Positions 7,143-11,107 of a stretch of DNA of 11,107 nucleotides are shown one piece after another; the stretch's first letter is position 1; each line of letters opens with the position of its first letter. The notes beneath the pieces were generated by a model that saw only the letters and a program-made list of their open reading frames with translations, did not search any database and was not told the DNA's origin. The position numbers were made by a program, and so were the translations under genes. This DNA comes from Planctomycetota bacterium. GTDB lineage: Bacteria > Planctomycetota > UBA8108 > UBA1146. The stretch lies in contig JAYZBV010000052.1 in assembly GCA_036338595.1 (NCBI GenBank), positions 1-11,107 of the forward strand. The letters run 5' to 3'.

Positions 7143-9161
7143 TCAAGGGCACCCGGCAAAAGATTCACAGTTCAACAGGTCGGCAGGAGTCGGATCGGTG
7201 CCGCAGGTATCAGGATCGGCCGGTTGAGGGGATCCGGGTATAAACAGGTAGGACAGCAGAAATATCGCATCTGCCAGGTTCACCGACCCGTCATCGTTAC
7301 AATCTGCGGCATCCTGGCACAATATCGCTGCCGTCCCGGGGACGAACAGGTTATCGAGCAGTGCGATCGGATCGGTCAAATTTCGGAGCCCATCCGTGTT
7401 GATATCACCCCGGATGAAGGGGTACGAGCGAGGATCTCCGATCAGATCGATGCCGATGTGGGCATCCGGAAACCCGAGGTCTGAAAAGGGAATCGGCTCC
7501 GCGTTGCCGCAAGCAGCAGCGGAGATCCAGCTCGCTTCCGATTCGGAAGAGGAGTTGGAGCCGAGCAGGAACAGGTGCCCATCGAGGGTGCCGTCGGGCA
7601 AAGCGAGTTCCACGACCAGTCGGATATCACAGGTGAGGTCGATCGGTGTCTCGAAATTGAGGCAGAAGTGACGCTGTACCAATCTGGGAATCAGATATTC
7701 CTGTTCATGAATCAAGTCCAGCGAGCTGATCGGACTGATCGATCCGCCATCGGGATCGGAGTAGAGCCGAAGTACCACCGGCTGCGCCATGAAGCCGGGT
7801 CCTGGGTCCGAGTTTTCGACGGCCACACGGACCGATTCGATCCCCATTCCGTCATCGAGCGAGAAGGGGGATTCGCACGCTTCGTAGATGCGCCAGTAAG
7901 ACTGAGCCTCGTGTCCTGCTCCATTGCCACAGAGTGGCGTCCCCGGTTCGAACAGATCCGGTTGAGCCAGATGGGACAGGTGGATCGATCCCGTCGAGCA
8001 GCCTGGGGTCACCAGTTCGCAACTCTCTGTCGGTGTCCATGAATCCGAGCTGTTGCCGCAAATCTGAACCGTCACGACCCCCGGTGTCGTTGTCGGATAG
8101 CCACTCCATTGACTGTCCGAACCAGTCAGCATCGCCACCAGTAATCCATCGATTCGAACCTCGAGACCATCGAGGGAGGGATCCGCCTGCCAACTCACTG
8201 AGATTTCTGTATCCGGCGACGCCTGGCACTCCAGTCCGATGATGCCAGGCAGTTGCTGCGGACACTGTTGCCTGCCTTCAACTACAGATAGCGTGTTAGT
8301 GGAGTTGTCGACGATCCAGATCGAATAGACTCCGAAAGGATCGAGAACCTGTGCCGCTGGTGATCTGGACGATTCGATGCCATTGATGAAGAAACCGGCT
8401 GCAGCAATTTCCATCGGAGCCAGCGCCACCCCTGACAGGGGATCGACCGTCGAGATGGAGGTGACTCGTCCGGCGCTTTCGGGTCCATGAGGAACCTCCA
8501 GGCGGCCACAGTCTGCTCGCCAGGCGATGCCGTTTCCGGAACCCCCTCCATCCGGGTGAAAGACACTCACCCCCAGGTAACTGGCATCGAGCAGCGAGAT
8601 CAGGTCGTACCGATCCCCGGTGATGTCGACCGCCCAGATCCCGATCGAGCCATCCCATGCGAGTCCGCCGACGAAGCCGCCGCCCTGAAGGCCCATCGAG
8701 CCGATCAGGGAAGGCGCACTTCCGTCGATTTCGCTGCGCCAGAGCTGGCTATTTCCGGCGGGAGAGAAGACTCCCCAGTAGAGATAGTCTCCGTCGGTGG
8801 TGATTCCCGTTGTCGTCGATCCAGCAGCAGAAGGGTTCGGTACCGTGGCCAGCGGAGCCAGCGTCACTGCGTCGTAGACCCAGTTCTGGGGCGAGAAGAT
8901 GTCGACCACGATCACGGCGTCTACGCCCCACGGATTGGGTGCGGCGACAAGAGTGATACCCAGAGCAGATGAACCCTGAAGCGGCACAGGTCCCGCCAGC
9001 AGATCAGCAGGAGTCAGCGTAGAGGTGCCACCGTTACCGATGGGGCCGGTCAGATACGATCTGGGAATCCCCTGCGACCAGCATGCATTCGAGGCGAGGG
9101 ACAGGCTCATCAGAACAACTGCGAAATTGCAAAGATGGGGGCGAAGGGTGGCAGTGGTCAT
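7143..9161 (-). CDS. Secreted multidomain protein, about 672 aa: signal peptide, putative beta-propeller, FN3-like, 'DNSYYR'-type module, dockerin-like module
   Basis: ORF 7143..9191 in the track (TTG start). ATG 9161 is preferred because it gives MTTATLRPHLCNFAVVLMSLSLASNACWS-Q, but the start is uncertain. Blade-like repeats: GITTDGDYLYW, GLAWDGSIGIWAVD, GIAWRAD, GIESS...IWIVDN. Confidence 0.9.
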   Translation of the reverse strand: MTTATLRPHLCNFAVVLMSLSLASNACWSQGIPRSYLTGPIGNGGTSTLTPADLLAGPVPLQGSSALGITLVAAPNPWGVDAVIVVDIFSPQNWVYDAVTLAPLATVPNPSAAGSTTTGITTDGDYLYWGVFSPAGNSQLWRSEIDGSAPSLIGSMGLQGGGFVGGLAWDGSIGIWAVDITGDRYDLISLLDASYLGVSVFHPDGGGSGNGIAWRADCGRLEVPHGPESAGRVTSISTVDPLSGVALAPMEIAAAGFFINGIESSRSPAAQVLDPFGVYSIWIVDNSTNTLSVVEGRQQCPQQLPGIIGLECQASPDTEISVSWQADPSLDGLEVRIDGLLVAMLTGSDSQWSGYPTTTPGVVTVQICGNSSDSWTPTESCELVTPGCSTGSIHLSHLAQPDLFEPGTPLCGNGAGHEAQSYWRIYEACESPFSLDDGMGIESVRVAVENSDPGPGFMAQPVVLRLYSDPDGGSISPISSLDLIHEQEYLIPRLVQRHFCLNFETPIDLTCDIRLVVELALPDGTLDGHLFLLGSNSSSESEASWISAAACGNAEPIPFSDLGFPDAHIGIDLIGDPRSYPFIRGDINTDGLRNLTDPIALLDNLFVPGTAAILCQDAADCNDDGSVNLADAIFLLSYLFIPGSPQPADPDTCGTDPTPADLLNCESFAGCP
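7146..7418 (-). other. C-terminal dockerin-like module with Cys-rich tail
   Basis: FIRGDINTDGLRNLTD...CQDAADCNDDGSVNLADAIFLLSYLF...CGTDPTPADLLNCESFAGCP*. Confidence 0.9.
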
Positions 9162-9455
9162 GGATAGCCAGTTTCCTGCGGATTCGTTCAATAAATCGTC
9201 ACCGTGTCAGAGCCTGATAGTCGTACTCGTCAGTTGGTGAATGGCTGCCCGGATAATAAGTAAGTGTGTGGCCATGCACTGACAGGAGGATAACCCGTAC
9301 GACTCTTTTTTGCGAATGGCAGGTGAGTTCGCGCCAGCAATGTCACGAGAGACCGCTGTCAAATAGCGAGATGTCGAGAAGCATCGAGAATCGTCGGCAC
9401 TCCCGGTCAGTTTCAGTGGTGCGGCGTGAAGCAATGATCTTGGTGCGATCATCAG

Positions 9456-9497
9456 TGGATCCATGGACTGGGTGTGCAGCCAGTACAGGTGGATCCA
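9456..9497 (-). terminator. Long imperfect hairpin downstream of the 9544 stop (terminator or stabilising stem; no U-tract)
   Basis: TGGATCCA-TGGACTGG-[GTGTGCAG]-CCAGTACA-GG-TGGATCCA pairs 8 bp plus 7 of 8 bp, 46 nt after the stop. Confidence 0.4.
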
Positions 9498-9543
9498 GTC
9501 CGTGCGTCACCAATCCACCACAGACTGCCCGGTGCCCACCCGA

Positions 9544-11107
9544 TCAGGGGCAGGCAGTGTAAGAAGCACAGTCGAGCGCGTCGTCGCTGGGATCGGTACC
9601 GCACGCACCCGGACTCGGGTCGGGCGGAGTAGGACCACCGCTAAACAGTGCAGCGAGGCCGTTGATGGCATCGGCAATGTTGATACTGCCGTCATCGTTG
9701 ACGTCATTGGCGTCGCTGCAGTCCCCACCCGGTCCATTCGAGAAGAGCGCTGCCAGCAAGAAGATCAGGTCAGCGATATTGAACGCACCATCGCCGTTGC
9801 AATCGCCTCGCTGGAACTCCGGTCCTGAAGGACCGCCACCACCGCCAAGAGCGGCGATGTATCGCGCCGCCAGGTCGATCTGGTCGCCGCCGAAACCACC
9901 AAACTCCCACGACTGGGAGATGGTATTGCCATTGGGAGCATCGGTGGCGTAGAAGACCCCGGTACCGTAAGCCTGAACCGCATCGGTCCAGATCTGTGCG
10001 ACGTTGGGTCCTGCGGCCCCGGCAAGAGGGTTGATCTGGTCGGTGTAGTCAATGCCTGCAGCAGCCTGGTTGTAGGCAGTTGGGCTCAGGTCAGAGGTAT
10101 CGAGTCCGAATCCGCTATCGGCACCGTTCATGCTGAGGAAAGAGTCATCTCCATCGATAGGGGGGACCCCTTGATCGACTCCGTCGTAGTTATCGTATGC
10201 GGTGATGAGGTGGACGAATCCCCAGTGGTCTCCCGCTTCGAAGTAGACGTTGGTACCGTTCTCGACCACCGTAGCCAGGGCCGCCCCATCTGCATCGGTA
10301 ATACGGTAATCGTTGGGCCAGGTCCCGGTCATCATCCAGGCGCGGGTGATGGTTCCACTGCCGAAGCAGCCCCATTCCGCTGGTCCCAGTGTGGTGGTGA
10401 CATGAGTGATGCCGTTGGCATCGAGGGCGGCTTGAAGTGCCGCGACGCTGTCGATCTGGTCCACGCCTTCGAGGCCGAAGATGACATCCGATTCACCTCC
10501 GTAGGTGGCGACGCTCGCCACCACGGTTTCGGAACCGCCGAAGATGCCAGCGCAGACACCCTGTACTTCGTAGGTGTAACTGCCATCCGCTAGACCCGGA
10601 TCGACATAACTGGTGTCGCTGCCAGGTACGGTAGCCACCAGTACCCCATCCCTTGTCAGGTCGATGGTGTCGTAAGCGTTAGCGTCCCAGCTCAAGGTTG
10701 CTTCACCAGTATTACAATCAGTGGCGACGGTGAGCCCGGTCATCGGAGGACAGGTGAGCGACTGGATGGTCAGAGATCCGGTGCCCAGGAATGAACTGTA
10801 GGTACCGATTCGTATCATGTATTTATTCCCGGCGACCAACGGAAGTTCAACCAGGGAATACCAGTTCTGGCAGGGACCAGGAAGGATAAAGGAGTCGCCG
10901 TTGCAGGCGATCTCGTTGCCCGCCAGGTTTGCGCAGTCCTCCCCGGCAGCGGTGAAATCGTAAACGAGCAGGTCGGTGTCATTCCATCCGACGGCTCCTG
11001 GATCACAGGTATGAATCCAGTAATCGGCAGTTTCGGTGGCCTCATATTCCCACCAGCCGTCAAAGGCCATGGCACCGTTGCCGGTACCAGGGCAGAGAGA
11101 GATATCG
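9544..11107 (-). CDS. C-terminal part (>520 aa) of a multidomain, presumably secreted protein: PPC-like, FN3-like, conserved YFExxDH domain, dockerin-like module
   Basis: The 508-aa ORF in the track stays open upstream to the window edge (...DISLCPGTGNGA-MAFDGWWEY). Its Met is internal to a PPC-like module, so the true start is outside the window. It is colinear with the C-terminal half of the 6862 gene. Confidence 0.92.
   Translation of the reverse strand, partial: DISLCPGTGNGAMAFDGWWEYEATETADYWIHTCDPGAVGWNDTDLLVYDFTAAGEDCANLAGNEIACNGDSFILPGPCQNWYSLVELPLVAGNKYMIRIGTYSSFLGTGSLTIQSLTCPPMTGLTVATDCNTGEATLSWDANAYDTIDLTRDGVLVATVPGSDTSYVDPGLADGSYTYEVQGVCAGIFGGSETVVASVATYGGESDVIFGLEGVDQIDSVAALQAALDANGITHVTTTLGPAEWGCFGSGTITRAWMMTGTWPNDYRITDADGAALATVVENGTNVYFEAGDHWGFVHLITAYDNYDGVDQGVPPIDGDDSFLSMNGADSGFGLDTSDLSPTAYNQAAAGIDYTDQINPLAGAAGPNVAQIWTDAVQAYGTGVFYATDAPNGNTISQSWEFGGFGGDQIDLAARYIAALGGGGGPSGPEFQRGDCNGDGAFNIADLIFLLAALFSNGPGGDCSDANDVNDDGSINIADAINGLAALFSGGPTPPDPSPGACGTDPSDDALDCASYTACP
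9547..9816 (-). other. C-terminal dockerin-like module with Cys-rich tail
   Basis: FQRGDCNGDGAFNIAD...CSDANDVNDDGSINIADAINGLAALFSGG...CGTDPSDDALDCASYTACP*. Confidence 0.9.

Noticed and set aside
9075..9110. Lipoprotein lipobox at LASNAC (and STPC in the 3086 gene)
   Set aside because: Neither fits [LVI][ASTVI][GAS]C well, and SPase I cleavage before Gln looks more plausible. SignalP would decide.
9219..9311. 8-bp inverted repeat AGTCGTAC/GTACGACT followed by a T-run, plus AGGAGG at 9284 on the plus strand
   Set aside because: The 70-nt loop is too long for a terminator, and no start codon follows the AGGAGG at a usable distance.
9410..9455. Hammerhead ribozyme core (minus strand CTGATGA...GAAAC)
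   Set aside because: The intervening sequence does not form stem II (ends are T...T rather than an R-Y pair), and I found no stem III with a cleavage triplet.
37..10593. Numerous plus-strand ORFs (e.g. 3692..4366, 5627..6334, 4784..5401, 2529..3074) and short alternative-frame minus ORFs
   Set aside because: They are antisense or off-frame shadows of the four long GC-rich genes, with no recognisable motifs.
1..11107. Classical cellulosome, or DGR/recombinase-driven diversification of the array
   Set aside because: I recognised no glycoside hydrolase, cohesin, reverse transcriptase or recombinase, and no near-identical long DNA repeats. Paralogous segments are diverged at synonymous sites.

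Overview
GC-rich bacterial window holding four co-oriented minus-strand genes for large secreted, acidic, Cys/Asp/Gly-rich modular proteins: >11107..9544 (5'-truncated), 9161..7143, 6862..3455 and 3086..<1 (3'-truncated and absent from the ORF track). All four end in the same disulfide-rich dockerin-like module (F-x-R-[GA]-D-x-N-x-D-G-x-x-N-[IL]-[AT]-D, duplicated, then CGxDP...C...C), a type I associate with Planctomycetota; the taxon is an inference. The N-terminal parts are built from a small shuffled set of modules: a PPC-like Cys beta-sandwich, FN3-like domains, a 'DNSYYR' module, a lamin-tail-like domain, P-domains, a putative beta-propeller, and a conserved ~230-aa domain with a YFExxDHxxFxH motif that I cannot assign. 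I recognise no catalytic domain and no cohesin. The proteins are almost Lys-free, and all three visible signal peptides appear to be followed by Gln. The intergenic regions contain sigma70-like promoters, a terminator-like hairpin, a 3x16-bp tandem repeat, a structured leader and an operator-like palindrome. I saw no RNA genes, CRISPR array or mobile element.
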